Positions 17,766-26,400 of a stretch of 32,000 nucleotides of DNA are shown here, piece by piece. The stretch spans positions 73,016 through 105,015 of the forward strand of contig CAKUIA010000007.1 of the NCBI GenBank assembly GCA_934660865.1, given 5' to 3'. The translations under genes were made by a program, and so were the position numbers. Positions within the stretch are counted from its first letter, which is position 1; each line of letters starts with the position of its first letter. The notes under the pieces are model-generated. The model was not told the origin of the DNA and made no database searches. It was given only the letters and a program-made list of their open reading frames with translations. Origin of the DNA: an uncultured Opitutales bacterium. GTDB taxonomy: Bacteria; Verrucomicrobiota; Verrucomicrobiia; Opitutales; Intestinicryptomonadaceae.

Positions 17766-19922
17766 TTATTTAAGCCTTGTTTCGTACATAGTTTCGGAAA
17801 TATCCCTAAACTGTTTTACCAAACTCCACATTGGGGTATCGGTTGTATCCACCAAGCCGAACCCGTAGTTTTCGCCGCCGGCGTTCCTGCCTGTTATTGT
17901 TTGGCTTGCCCATTCAAACCAGTGGCAGCCTACAACATAGGGGCTTTGCAAACATTCGGCAATGTAGTTTTCAGTTCTTTTTAAACGGTCGCCATCGTTC
18001 CTTGTAGCGCACGAGCCGTATTTTGCAAAATTGCCCCTTTCGCTTGTCGGGAACGAATATTCGCCTATAAGTATGGGCTTTTCGGTATAGTCTTTCGGCA
18101 GCTTAAAATGCTTTGTCGGGTTCTTTTCGTAGATATTAAAAACTATAACGTCGGCGTATTTCGAGGCCACCGAAACGTCGGTTTCGTTTCTGAACACCGC
18201 AAAGCGGCAGCCCATATAAAGGGCGTCGGGCACACATTCCTTTACGGCGTCGCGGCAGTTTTTAAAGTAATATTCGCAAAGCTCCCTTTCAAATTCTGCG
18301 GCGTCTACCGCAAAATTGCCCTTAAATTCCACATAGTCGCGGCAATTTAAAAAGTCTTCCCACGAAGCGTATTTTGTCTGCCAGCTTTTGTTCAGGTTTT
18401 CTATTGCGCCGTATTTTTTCTCCAGCATTTTGCCGAAGCGCGCCTTGCTGGGGCGGTTGGGACTAGACATAACCAAAGCCTGCATCATTTCGCCCGGCTT
18501 GTAGCCGAAATTCGGCTCGTTGTTTACCATAACTCCTATGCAGTAGGGCGAATTTATTATGTCTATATTTTGCATAATCTCTTTTTTTACGCATTCTTTT
18601 AGGTCGTCTTTATAGCAGTCCCAAAAGCCGGAACCGGGAATGTGCCTATTGTCGCCCTCCTTTTTTAGGGGATTGTACGAAAGGCAGTGCCCCGTGTTTA
18701 CTATGAATGTATACGGCATTTTTTGCGCCTTGTACATGTCTTTCGAGGCCCAAGCGCCCACCGTGTTAAAGCCCCACTTTTGCAGGCGCGGAATGTTGTG
18801 TATATTGGCATCTTCATTGCCGTATTTTTTGTCGCGCACAAGTTTGCCGAAATCGTATACAACGCATTGCGCATATGGCTTGCCATAGCTTGAGGGCGCA
18901 AAGCACGTCTTTCTTTTATATTCGTCCAAAAGGCCCTCGAACATATATTCCCTATCGGTAATAATAGTATGCGGGGCGGTGTCGTTTACGGCGTTTACGC
19001 CCATGCTCCAAAACAAATTGCCTTTTGGGGTAATTAAAAACCATTTTCCGTTTACCTTTTCGGTTCTGAATTTGCCCGTCGCCTTAAACTTGTAGTTGTC
19101 CGACAAATATCCGCCAAATTCGTCCCTTGCGGGCAGGGGCTTTAAAGAGTCGTTAAACTTCTTTTCAACGGCTTTCATTTTTTCGAAATCGGCGTCGCAC
19201 CCGATTTTTTCGGGCCAATCCTTATGCTTAAACTGGCCGTATTTGTCCAAAAGCGGCAAAAACTTTTCCTGCGGGGTATCGAACACTTTGTCGCTGTAAA
19301 CCCAAACCCTGCCGTTTGTAATGGGGCTGGAAAATCCCTTTTTGTACTTTTTGTCGAACACCCAATCTATGTCGGTATAGTCGTATAGCTTAAGGCTTTT
19401 TATGGCGAGTTTGCCCTTGCCCCACGCACCCAAATGCAAATATGTGTTCGCCCCCTCTTCGGGTATTTTTGCGCACAATTCAATAAAGCTTTTCTCGCCC
19501 TGGTTGTGCCCAAAAGAATAGTAGTCGAAACGGTTTTCGCCCGTGCGCTTGCCGTTTTTGTCGAAAGTGTCCTGCACAAATATGCTTACAAACTGCTTTC
19601 TTGCGGCGGCGTGCTCCACATAATATTCAAAGCGCGCCATTATCCTTTTTCCGCGCGGCAAGCCCCCTTTCGGGAACCTTAGCATGCGCGGGTATTCGGC
19701 ATTCGAGCGCATCGAAGTAAATGCAAAGGGATACTGCGCCTTTATGTCTTCGTCTACATCGTCGGTAAGAGTTGCCAGCTCCGACATTTTGGCGAGCTTT
19801 TCCATACCCTCTTCGCCTTCAAACGAATACAACAATTTGCCGTGCTCGGCGCAAAGCGTAATCCCCGTAAACATCGCGCAGACAGACACCGTGCGCAAAA
19901 ATAGCCTGTTCATATATCTCAT
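17766..19922 (-). CDS. Secreted glycoside hydrolase, clan GH-A-like (beta/alpha)8 barrel, with an N-terminal beta-sandwich module
   Basis: Signal peptide MNRLFLRTVSVCAMFTGITLCA. The candidate acid/base motif is MVNNEPNF and the candidate nucleophile segment is PILIGEYSF. The GH family cannot be assigned by eye. Confidence 0.7.
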   Translation of the reverse strand: MRYMNRLFLRTVSVCAMFTGITLCAEHGKLLYSFEGEEGMEKLAKMSELATLTDDVDEDIKAQYPFAFTSMRSNAEYPRMLRFPKGGLPRGKRIMARFEYYVEHAAARKQFVSIFVQDTFDKNGKRTGENRFDYYSFGHNQGEKSFIELCAKIPEEGANTYLHLGAWGKGKLAIKSLKLYDYTDIDWVFDKKYKKGFSSPITNGRVWVYSDKVFDTPQEKFLPLLDKYGQFKHKDWPEKIGCDADFEKMKAVEKKFNDSLKPLPARDEFGGYLSDNYKFKATGKFRTEKVNGKWFLITPKGNLFWSMGVNAVNDTAPHTIITDREYMFEGLLDEYKRKTCFAPSSYGKPYAQCVVYDFGKLVRDKKYGNEDANIHNIPRLQKWGFNTVGAWASKDMYKAQKMPYTFIVNTGHCLSYNPLKKEGDNRHIPGSGFWDCYKDDLKECVKKEIMQNIDIINSPYCIGVMVNNEPNFGYKPGEMMQALVMSSPNRPSKARFGKMLEKKYGAIENLNKSWQTKYASWEDFLNCRDYVEFKGNFAVDAAEFERELCEYYFKNCRDAVKECVPDALYMGCRFAVFRNETDVSVASKYADVIVFNIYEKNPTKHFKLPKDYTEKPILIGEYSFPTSERGNFAKYGSCATRNDGDRLKRTENYIAECLQSPYVVGCHWFEWASQTITGRNAGGENYGFGLVDTTDTPMWSLVKQFRDISETMYETRLK

Positions 19923-19937
19923 ACAAAACAGGCTATT
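19900..19937 (-). terminator. 11-bp perfect stem-loop plus U-run after the GNAT gene; the loop contains both candidate start codons of the glycosidase gene
   Basis: The minus-strand RNA reads AAUAGCCUGUU-UUGUAUGAGAUAUAUG-AACAGGCUAUU-UUUG. The arms are at 19927-19937 and 19900-19910, and the ATGs are at 19922 and 19913. Confidence 0.4.
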
Positions 19938-19958
19938 GAATCTTTTTTAGTAAATCAA

Positions 19959-20363
19959 TTAAAATTTGTAGGGAATGTGCCCTTTCATTTCTGAGCCGAA
20001 CTTTTTATATACAAAAGCACCCTCCCGCGTCGAAATGCAGGTTATCCACTCTATGTTTTTTGACTTTAAATATTGCAGAATATTGCGGCACAACCCGGTT
20101 GCAATGCCGCAGTTTCTGTGCGAATTTTCCACATATAAATCCAGCAGGTACGCGTCGCTTACGCCGTCGCTTAGCGCCCTGAATACCCCCACAATTTCGC
20201 CGTCTTGCTCGGCGCAAAAAACGCAGTAGCTGTTAAGGAAACTATCCTTTAATTTTGCTATTTCGCTTTCGCAATATTCATTTGTCCAACCCGCCTGTAT
20301 GTATAGCGGCAGTATTTTGGCCGCGACTTTTTCGTCGATTTGCCCGAGTTTAAAAATCTTCAT
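19959..20363 (-). CDS. GNAT-family N-acetyltransferase
   Basis: 134 aa. The acetyl-CoA binding motif A-like segment is VENSHRNCGIATGLCRNILQYLK. The start overlaps the upstream stop (ATGA). Confidence 0.8.
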   Translation of the reverse strand: MKIFKLGQIDEKVAAKILPLYIQAGWTNEYCESEIAKLKDSFLNSYCVFCAEQDGEIVGVFRALSDGVSDAYLLDLYVENSHRNCGIATGLCRNILQYLKSKNIEWITCISTREGAFVYKKFGSEMKGHIPYKF

Positions 20364-21244
20364 ATCTCGACTAAATTAAGCCTTTCAAACATTTCCGACG
20401 GCGCCCACGACTCTTTTGCCTGCCTTAAGTGCTCCATTCCCAAATCCTGCTCGCGGTTCATTTCGCACACGCCGTTCTTCAGCAAAAATTCGGCTTCGTG
20501 CAAAACAATGCTTTGGGCCGCTCCGTGAACTTCCTTTTCGAACTTTTCGTAGTGCACAGAATATATGGAACTGTTTATTTTGCCCATAACGGCTCCCGCA
20601 ACAATTTGCCCCTGCCCGTTTTTTAAGGCAAGAGCCAGCAGCTGCAGCCCGTCGAAAAATTCGAACGCGTTTTTCATCGGCAAAAGCTCTTCGCTAACCG
20701 CCCTTTGCAGCATATATTCCCTAAATTCGGCAAAATCCGCGCCTTTGGGAACTTCAACAACATAGTTTGGGTTGTTCCTTTCAAACTGGCGTATAAGGTT
20801 GTGCTTTTTTCTTAGCTTTACGCCCTTTAGCGAAACTATGTTTTGGTTTTGGTAGATATAGTCGTAGTCGTCAAAAGTTTTTCGGGCGGCAAAATATTCT
20901 ACCGCATTCGGGTATAGCTGAAAATACTTCGGGTTTGCGTCGAAAACGTATTTTACAGGATAGCCCGAAGCGCGCAACAACTCTATGTGCCGCTTTAATT
21001 CGTCGGGGGCAATATCGGCGCCTATGGGGTATTGCAAATATTTGTCGGATATATGGTAGGCGAATATCCGGTTTTGCGCTGCATAAAAACGCATATTGTC
21101 GCGCTTCCACATAAATATGTTGGAAAAACACCTTTCGCAGCTTTTTGTCGGGTAAATTTCGGCAACGGCGTCGAAAAGCGGTTTATCCTCTATGGATATT
21201 TCCTTTAAAAGGGGCATAAAATATGTTTGTGATAAAGCTTTCAT
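20360..21244 (-). CDS. DUF2156 / phosphatidylglycerol lysyltransferase C-terminal-domain-like protein
   Basis: 294 aa, stand-alone. The N-terminal segment ERCFSNIFMWKRDNMRFY and the overall length match the DUF2156 (LPG_synthase_C-like) family as I recall it. Confidence 0.55.
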   Translation of the reverse strand: MKALSQTYFMPLLKEISIEDKPLFDAVAEIYPTKSCERCFSNIFMWKRDNMRFYAAQNRIFAYHISDKYLQYPIGADIAPDELKRHIELLRASGYPVKYVFDANPKYFQLYPNAVEYFAARKTFDDYDYIYQNQNIVSLKGVKLRKKHNLIRQFERNNPNYVVEVPKGADFAEFREYMLQRAVSEELLPMKNAFEFFDGLQLLALALKNGQGQIVAGAVMGKINSSIYSVHYEKFEKEVHGAAQSIVLHEAEFLLKNGVCEMNREQDLGMEHLRQAKESWAPSEMFERLNLVEI

Positions 21245-21340
21245 TATACGACATAGCTATCGTAAAAATCCACAAAAAAGCTAAGGCGCGCAAATAAATA
21301 GCCTTGAATTTAACGCCGCGTAAATGGAATATATAGCCCA

Positions 21341-23122
21341 ATGAAGCCCGAAGACCTTACAAAGTTTGTCCCCATGACTGTCGAAGAAATGAAAGCCCGC
21401 AAGTGGGACTATATCGACATTCTAATAATTACGGGCGACGCCTATGTAGACCACCCGAGCTTCGGCCCCGTTGTTATCGCGCGCGTTTTGCTTAATGCGG
21501 GCTACAAAGTTGCGATAATCTCGCAACCGGACTGGAAAGACCCCGAAAGCCTTAAACGCTTCGGTCGCCCGCACATAGGCTGCGGCGTTTCGAGCGGAAA
21601 TATGGATTCAATGATAAAGCTTTACACGGCGGGCCGCAGGCTTAGGCACACCGACATGTATTCCGAAAACGGGCAAACGGGCAAATGCCCGCCCAGGGCC
21701 ACCATTGTGTATGCGCAGCTTGCAAAAAGGGCCTTTCCCAAGCTGCCCGTCGTTATCGGCGGCGTAGACGCAAGCCTTAGAAGGGTTGCCCACTACGACT
21801 ATTGGCAGGATATGTTCAAACCCTCGGTTTTGGTGGAATCCAAAGCCGACATTCTGTGTTTCGGCATGGGCGAAATTACAATGCTCGAAATTTTCGACAA
21901 AATAAAAAACAACGAAAGCCTTTCGGGCATAAGGGGAACCGTGCGCTATTTGGGCGGCAACGAAAGCGCAAGCTTTAAGATAGACGAAAACTGCGAAGTG
22001 CTGCCCAGCTTCGAGGAAATTTGCACCGACAAAACCGCCATTATGCGCCAGACAAAAACCGTCGAGCGCAACACAAACCCGTGGAACGGCAAAAGGCTTT
22101 TGCAGAGCACAAACGGCAGGCTTTTGGTTATAGAACCCGCAAGGCCGCCGCTTACACAGGAGCAGTTCGACGCGGTTAGCGAGCTGCCCTATGCGGGGCT
22201 GCCCCACTTTACATACAAGGGCAAAATTCCCGCATGGGAAATGATAAAAGATTCGATTACCGTTGTGCGCGGCTGCCCGGGGGGCTGCGCATTTTGCGGC
22301 CTTGTTTGCCACCAGGGCAGGCACCTAGTTTCGCGCAGCGAGCAAAGCATTTGCAAAAGCGCAAAAAAGCTTGCAAGCCAGCCGTTTTTCCACGGCACAA
22401 TAAGCGACATAGGCGGCCCTGCCGGCAACATTTACGGACACCGTCCCAAAGACCCTAACATTTGCAAAATGTGCAAGCGCTATTCCTGCATATTCCCCAC
22501 CTTTTGCAAAAACTACAATGCCGACGAAAAGCCCCTAATGCACCTGCTCGACAGCCTTAAAAAGATAGACAAAATCAAGCACGTTTTCATAAACTCGGGC
22601 ATAAGGCTGGACTTGGCTTTGGTACAGCCAGAACAGACAAAAAAAATAATAAGCGACCATATTTCGGGGCAGCTTAGCATTGCCCCCGAGCATTTAGACG
22701 GCAACGTTTTGCGCCTTATGCGCAAGGGCAAAGAGGGCGAATTTGAAGAATTCCGCAAAATTTTCGACGACGTAAACGCAAAGACGGGCAAAAAGCAGTA
22801 CCTTATACCCTACTTTATTTCGAACTTTCCGGGCTGCACGCAATCCGAAATGAAAAAGGTAGACGACTATCTGGAAAAGTCGCACTGGAATTTGCAGCAG
22901 GTGCAAGACTTTATACCCCTTGCAATGACAATGGGCAGCGCAATGTATTGCTCGGAACTTGACGAAAACGGCAACGCAATTTTGGTAAACAAGGGGCTTG
23001 CCCAAAGGCGCGAACAGCGCAATATGCTAAAAAGGCAGCACTCAAACAACCCGCCATACAAAAACAAAAACTTTGCGCAAAACGGCAAAAACGGTTTCGG
23101 CAAAAAACATTTTAAAAAGTAG
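21341..23122 (+). CDS. ygiQ: YgiQ-family radical SAM protein (UPF0313)
   Basis: 593 aa with the CxxxCxxC cluster RGCPGGCAFCGL. The N-terminal segment ITGDAYVDHPSFG and the basic C-terminal tail are typical of YgiQ. Confidence 0.85.
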   Translation: MKPEDLTKFVPMTVEEMKARKWDYIDILIITGDAYVDHPSFGPVVIARVLLNAGYKVAIISQPDWKDPESLKRFGRPHIGCGVSSGNMDSMIKLYTAGRRLRHTDMYSENGQTGKCPPRATIVYAQLAKRAFPKLPVVIGGVDASLRRVAHYDYWQDMFKPSVLVESKADILCFGMGEITMLEIFDKIKNNESLSGIRGTVRYLGGNESASFKIDENCEVLPSFEEICTDKTAIMRQTKTVERNTNPWNGKRLLQSTNGRLLVIEPARPPLTQEQFDAVSELPYAGLPHFTYKGKIPAWEMIKDSITVVRGCPGGCAFCGLVCHQGRHLVSRSEQSICKSAKKLASQPFFHGTISDIGGPAGNIYGHRPKDPNICKMCKRYSCIFPTFCKNYNADEKPLMHLLDSLKKIDKIKHVFINSGIRLDLALVQPEQTKKIISDHISGQLSIAPEHLDGNVLRLMRKGKEGEFEEFRKIFDDVNAKTGKKQYLIPYFISNFPGCTQSEMKKVDDYLEKSHWNLQQVQDFIPLAMTMGSAMYCSELDENGNAILVNKGLAQRREQRNMLKRQHSNNPPYKNKNFAQNGKNGFGKKHFKK

Positions 23123-23143
23123 TTTTAGCCGAAACAAAGCCGC

Positions 23144-23184
23144 AAAAAAACCGCCAATGCCACGGGCAAATCGGCGGTTTTTTT
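23144..23184. terminator. Bidirectional intrinsic terminator between convergent ygiQ and the porin gene
   Basis: An A-run (23144-23150) is followed by the hairpin CCGCCAATGCC-ACG-GGCAAATCGGCGG (23151-23177) and then TTTTTTT. Confidence 0.65.
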
Positions 23185-23208
23185 GCCGTGCAGAAAGTTT
23201 CCCGACTT

Positions 23209-24474
23209 TTAGAACATTGTCTGTATCTGCATTCTAAAGGTGTTCGCGTAGGCGTCCTGCCCCGAATTAGAGCCCATAAACTGCGAATATTCGTAGCCCG
23301 CCGAAACCTTAAGCGAATTGTCGCCCGAAACATACCAGTTTGCGCCGAAATAAAAGCCCCTGGCCCGGTCGAATGCGGTGCCAAGCCCCGCTTTCCTCAA
23401 GCCGTCGGAGGGCGAAACGCCGCGGCCGTTTGTGTCTAAATATGTAAACCTAAACACGGGGGCGATTTTCCCGAAAGCGCCTGCGGCAAACTTTTTTTCA
23501 ACGCAAAAGTTCATACCCATGGGAGTTTCAACTCCGTAGGAAGAGTTCATTCTTCTGCCGCAGTCGCTGTGCGACATCAAAAATTCGGTCAATACGCGAA
23601 CACCCTTGTAGTCGAACCTTAAATAGGGGTTTACGCCGAAAATCGCGGCGGTGTTGTCTATTGCGGTTTTGTCGGCGTCGTTGCCGTACATTACGTTTGC
23701 ACCCAGCGTGATTTTGGCGCTATCGAAAGGGGCAAAGTCGTACGATACGCCACCGAACACATCGGGCGAATTGTGCTCCTTTAAAAGGCTCGGCTCCCCT
23801 CCAAGCTTGTAGTTTTCGGAATTTGTTACCGCGCAAAAATAGTGCAAACCCTTAACTTGGCGCACGTCGCCATACCAAAAAAGCCCCGTCATAAAGGAGC
23901 CCTGCCCCAGTTTGCGCGCGTTCCTCGGCCCGCACCAATAATTTGTTGCAATCGAACGCTCTACCGCATAGAGATTGAACGAAGAAGTCACCTCTTCCAT
24001 TCCGAAATCGGGCTTTAAATAGCCGAATCTTAACTGGCCTTTTATATAGTCCGTATCTATGTTTTTATACAGATAGCTAATGGAAACTTTGTTGTCGAAA
24101 ATAAAGTCGAACGAAAGCTTTGCACCGTACGATTTGCTTGGGTCGGTCGCCAAACCGAAAATAACCCTGCGCATCATAAAAGTGTTTTTAGATGTGGCAA
24201 AGCTGTCGCTGTCGCCGTTTGTGGTTAAATACGCATACTGCATCTGAAAGCGCGCATATATGCTAATTGTATTGTCGTTATAGGGCGTCGATACGGGCGC
24301 GTCTATTGCAGCCGAAAGCTTCTTTACCTCCAGCGCCTCGTCGGCGCTTAGCATTCCCTTTGTTACAAGCGTCTCGAGCATTTTTGCGTTGCATTCGCCC
24401 GCAAACGAAAAAGAACTGGCAAATAAAAGCGCGGCAAGCCCCGCAAAAAATGCAAAAGGTTTAAACGGTTTCAT
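23209..24474 (-). CDS. Outer-membrane beta-barrel porin (OprO/OprP-like phosphate-selective porin family candidate)
   Basis: The track ORF extends to 24549. The ATG at 24474 gives the signal peptide MKPFKPFAFFAGLAALLFASSFSFA. The sequence has alternating amphipathic beta-strand character and a C-terminal aromatic residue (IQTMF). Confidence 0.6.
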   Translation of the reverse strand: MKPFKPFAFFAGLAALLFASSFSFAGECNAKMLETLVTKGMLSADEALEVKKLSAAIDAPVSTPYNDNTISIYARFQMQYAYLTTNGDSDSFATSKNTFMMRRVIFGLATDPSKSYGAKLSFDFIFDNKVSISYLYKNIDTDYIKGQLRFGYLKPDFGMEEVTSSFNLYAVERSIATNYWCGPRNARKLGQGSFMTGLFWYGDVRQVKGLHYFCAVTNSENYKLGGEPSLLKEHNSPDVFGGVSYDFAPFDSAKITLGANVMYGNDADKTAIDNTAAIFGVNPYLRFDYKGVRVLTEFLMSHSDCGRRMNSSYGVETPMGMNFCVEKKFAAGAFGKIAPVFRFTYLDTNGRGVSPSDGLRKAGLGTAFDRARGFYFGANWYVSGDNSLKVSAGYEYSQFMGSNSGQDAYANTFRMQIQTMF

Positions 24475-24575
24475 ATCAAATATGTGTCGAACAAAAACAA
24501 GTTGTCTGTTAATGGGCAAAATACTCAAACATAACCCAATCAAAGGCAAGCTTATTCAATACTTGCATAAAACGA

Positions 24576-24603
24576 TTGACACAAAAACCCACACTCCCAT
24601 AAT
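24576..24603 (+). promoter_or_regulatory. Candidate sigma70-type promoter for the metallophosphoesterase gene
   Basis: TTGACA (24576-24581), a 16-nt spacer, then CATAAT (24598-24603), about 25 nt upstream of the ATG at 24629. Confidence 0.3.
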
Positions 24604-24628
24604 AAAAACCCGAATAAGATAACAATAT

Positions 24629-25780
24629 ATGAAATACAACAAGAATTTCGCTTTGCGCCTATTTAAAACAACACTTGCGCTAACTATAACTTTTTTTAGC
24701 ATAAGCAGTTATGCCGATACAAAGTTTTACGGACGCAATGTAAAAAGGCTTTCAATGCCGCCTTCCGTTCAACTTAAAGAACCTCCCAGGTTGCTCGACA
24801 AAAACTCATTTTCGGTGATACTTTTGGGCGACCCGCAGGGCTATCAAAAATACGAGGTAAGCCAGGGATTTTTCGATGTTATGACTGCATGGACAGCCCA
24901 GCAGAAAGAAACCCTAAACGTTATGACCGTTCTTTGCACGGGCGACTTGGTAGACAGCAATTCGCTTATACTCTCGAACGGCTCTTTGGAGTATCCGCAA
25001 TGCAGCAACCAGCCGAGCAGCCTGCAATGGAAACGCGTTTCAAAGGCTTTCGAAAGGCTCGACAATGTATATCCTTATATCATAGCCACGGGCAACCACG
25101 ACTACGGCATGGAGGCCTCCGAATCGAAGATTTCGGAATTTCCCAAATACTTCGACATTTCGCGCAACCAAAAGCAGTGGGCAAACCACATAATATCGTA
25201 TTGCCCAAGCGCATTCGGCGAATCTACGCTCGAAAACGCCGCCTACGAGTTTTACGACAAAAACTGGGGCGATATGCTTTTCATTGCAATGGAATTTTCG
25301 CCCAGAGACGAGGTTTTGGCATGGGCAAACAAACTGTGCTCGTCAAAAAAATTCAAGAACCACAAGGTTTTTGTGATTACCCATTCCATTTTGGAAAACG
25401 ACGGGTCTTTTAGGAAAGACCGCTACCCATTTGCCCCCAACGACGGCAAAGCCGTATTCGAGAAACTGCTAAAAAAGCATTCTAACATAAAGCTGGCAAT
25501 TTGCGGGCACACCTGCACCGAAAGCGTAATGGCAGCCTTCAGGAAAGAGAAAAAAGACGACGGCAAAACATTGCCCATAATGATGTTTAACCCGCAGTTC
25601 ATATCGGGCGCCCTGGGCGGCAACGGCGGCGACGGCTGGCTTAGAATATTGGAATTTAAGCCCGACGGCAAAACGATTTCGGTGCGCACCTATTCGCCCG
25701 TCTTCGCCTTCTCCCAAAAAACCGAACACCTCTCCTGGGAGAAATCCCCCGAACACCAGTTCGACATCGTCATAGAATAA
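24629..25780 (+). CDS. Secreted calcineurin-like metallophosphoesterase
   Basis: A signal peptide is present. The metallophosphoesterase motif series is VILLGDPQ, CTGDLVD, ATGNHD, VITHS and CGHTC. Confidence 0.75.
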   Translation: MKYNKNFALRLFKTTLALTITFFSISSYADTKFYGRNVKRLSMPPSVQLKEPPRLLDKNSFSVILLGDPQGYQKYEVSQGFFDVMTAWTAQQKETLNVMTVLCTGDLVDSNSLILSNGSLEYPQCSNQPSSLQWKRVSKAFERLDNVYPYIIATGNHDYGMEASESKISEFPKYFDISRNQKQWANHIISYCPSAFGESTLENAAYEFYDKNWGDMLFIAMEFSPRDEVLAWANKLCSSKKFKNHKVFVITHSILENDGSFRKDRYPFAPNDGKAVFEKLLKKHSNIKLAICGHTCTESVMAAFRKEKKDDGKTLPIMMFNPQFISGALGGNGGDGWLRILEFKPDGKTISVRTYSPVFAFSQKTEHLSWEKSPEHQFDIVIE

Positions 25781-25834
25781 ACCAAACATTCTCCTTTAAC
25801 AAAAAAAACAACTCCCAATAAAAGAAAAACAAAA

Positions 25835-25872
25835 ACAGCTTGAACTATGTAATGTTCAAGCTGTTTTGTTTT
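25835..25872 (+). terminator. Intrinsic terminator of the metallophosphoesterase gene
   Basis: Perfect 11-bp stem ACAGCTTGAAC / GTTCAAGCTGT with an 8-nt loop, followed by TTTGTTTT. Confidence 0.75.
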
Positions 25873-25927
25873 CGCCGCACATCAAATAAAAATCCCTCCT
25901 CGACAAATATTATTAAAAAACAATAGA

Positions 25928-26041
25928 ATAACCGATGGCTTCCACAGGAAGATGGAACTGATACAGAGAATGGCTTACGGTTATAAAAACTTCCAAAATT
26001 ACAGATTGATGGTCTTGGTCCTATGCGGCGTCTTTCATTAA
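25928..26041 (+). pseudogene. C-terminal remnant (~35 codons plus stop) of an ISL3-like DDE transposase
   Basis: Hand translation of the + frame gives ITDGFHRKMELIQRMAYGYKNFQNYRLMVLVLCGVFH*. This fits the conserved ISL3-family C-terminus pattern TNGxxEGxNNKIKxIKRxAYGFRNFxxFRxRIL. There is no upstream transposase body, only an A-rich non-homologous frame. Confidence 0.5.
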
Positions 26042-26228
26042 TATCCACTCTCTTTGGTGTTGACCCCATTCTTGCCCCTTTTACGCGACATTTTGTAAAA
26101 TTTCGATTTTTGCATTAAAAATCGGAACGCCAGCGAAGCTAGTAAAATAGCGGGGTTGCAGGCATTCGACGGAGTATCGCAGCCCCACAAACCGCGTGGA
26201 TACTGGATTTGGTACGAAATGTAGAAAC

Positions 26229-26262
26229 AAAAAAGCTGCAAGTCTTTGAACTTGCGGCTTTT
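26229..26262. terminator. Hairpin flanked by A-run and T-run (terminator-like), immediately before direct-repeat copy 1
   Basis: GCTGCAAGT (26235-26243) pairs with ACTTGCGGC (26250-26258), including one G-U pair. AAAAAA lies upstream and TTTT downstream. Confidence 0.4.
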
Positions 26263-26279
26263 AAAGTGGCGGGATGGAC
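26259..26279. repeat. Direct-repeat copy 1: TTTTAAAGTGGCGGGATGGAC (last 13 nt of the tRNA-Asp 3' end plus 8 nt of flank)
   Basis: 21/21 identical to 26397-26417. The sequence beyond it (TTTGTGCCGAATTGG...) has no T-arm, so it is not a tRNA. Confidence 0.8.
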
Positions 26280-26364
26280 TTTGTGCCGAATTGGACTGCG
26301 CTTCGCTTGCACTCAGTGTTTTTGCTTTGCAAAAATCCCCTTCGAGCCTCGTCATCTATCGCCA

Positions 26365-26400
26365 CAAAAAAACGCAACCCTTTCGGATTGCGTTTTTTTT
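26365..26400. terminator. Bidirectional terminator-like hairpin directly downstream (minus sense) of the tRNA-Asp 3' end
   Basis: AAAAAAA-AACGCAA-CCCTTTCGGA-TTGCGTT-TTTTTT. Confidence 0.55.

Noticed and set aside
26267-26360. A possible second tRNA starting from the TGGCGGGATGGAC repeat
   Set aside because: The reverse complement (…CAGTCCAATTCGGCACAAAGTCCATCCCGCCA) has no T-loop (GTTCGAnnC), and no cloverleaf can be drawn. Only the last 13 nt are tRNA-derived.
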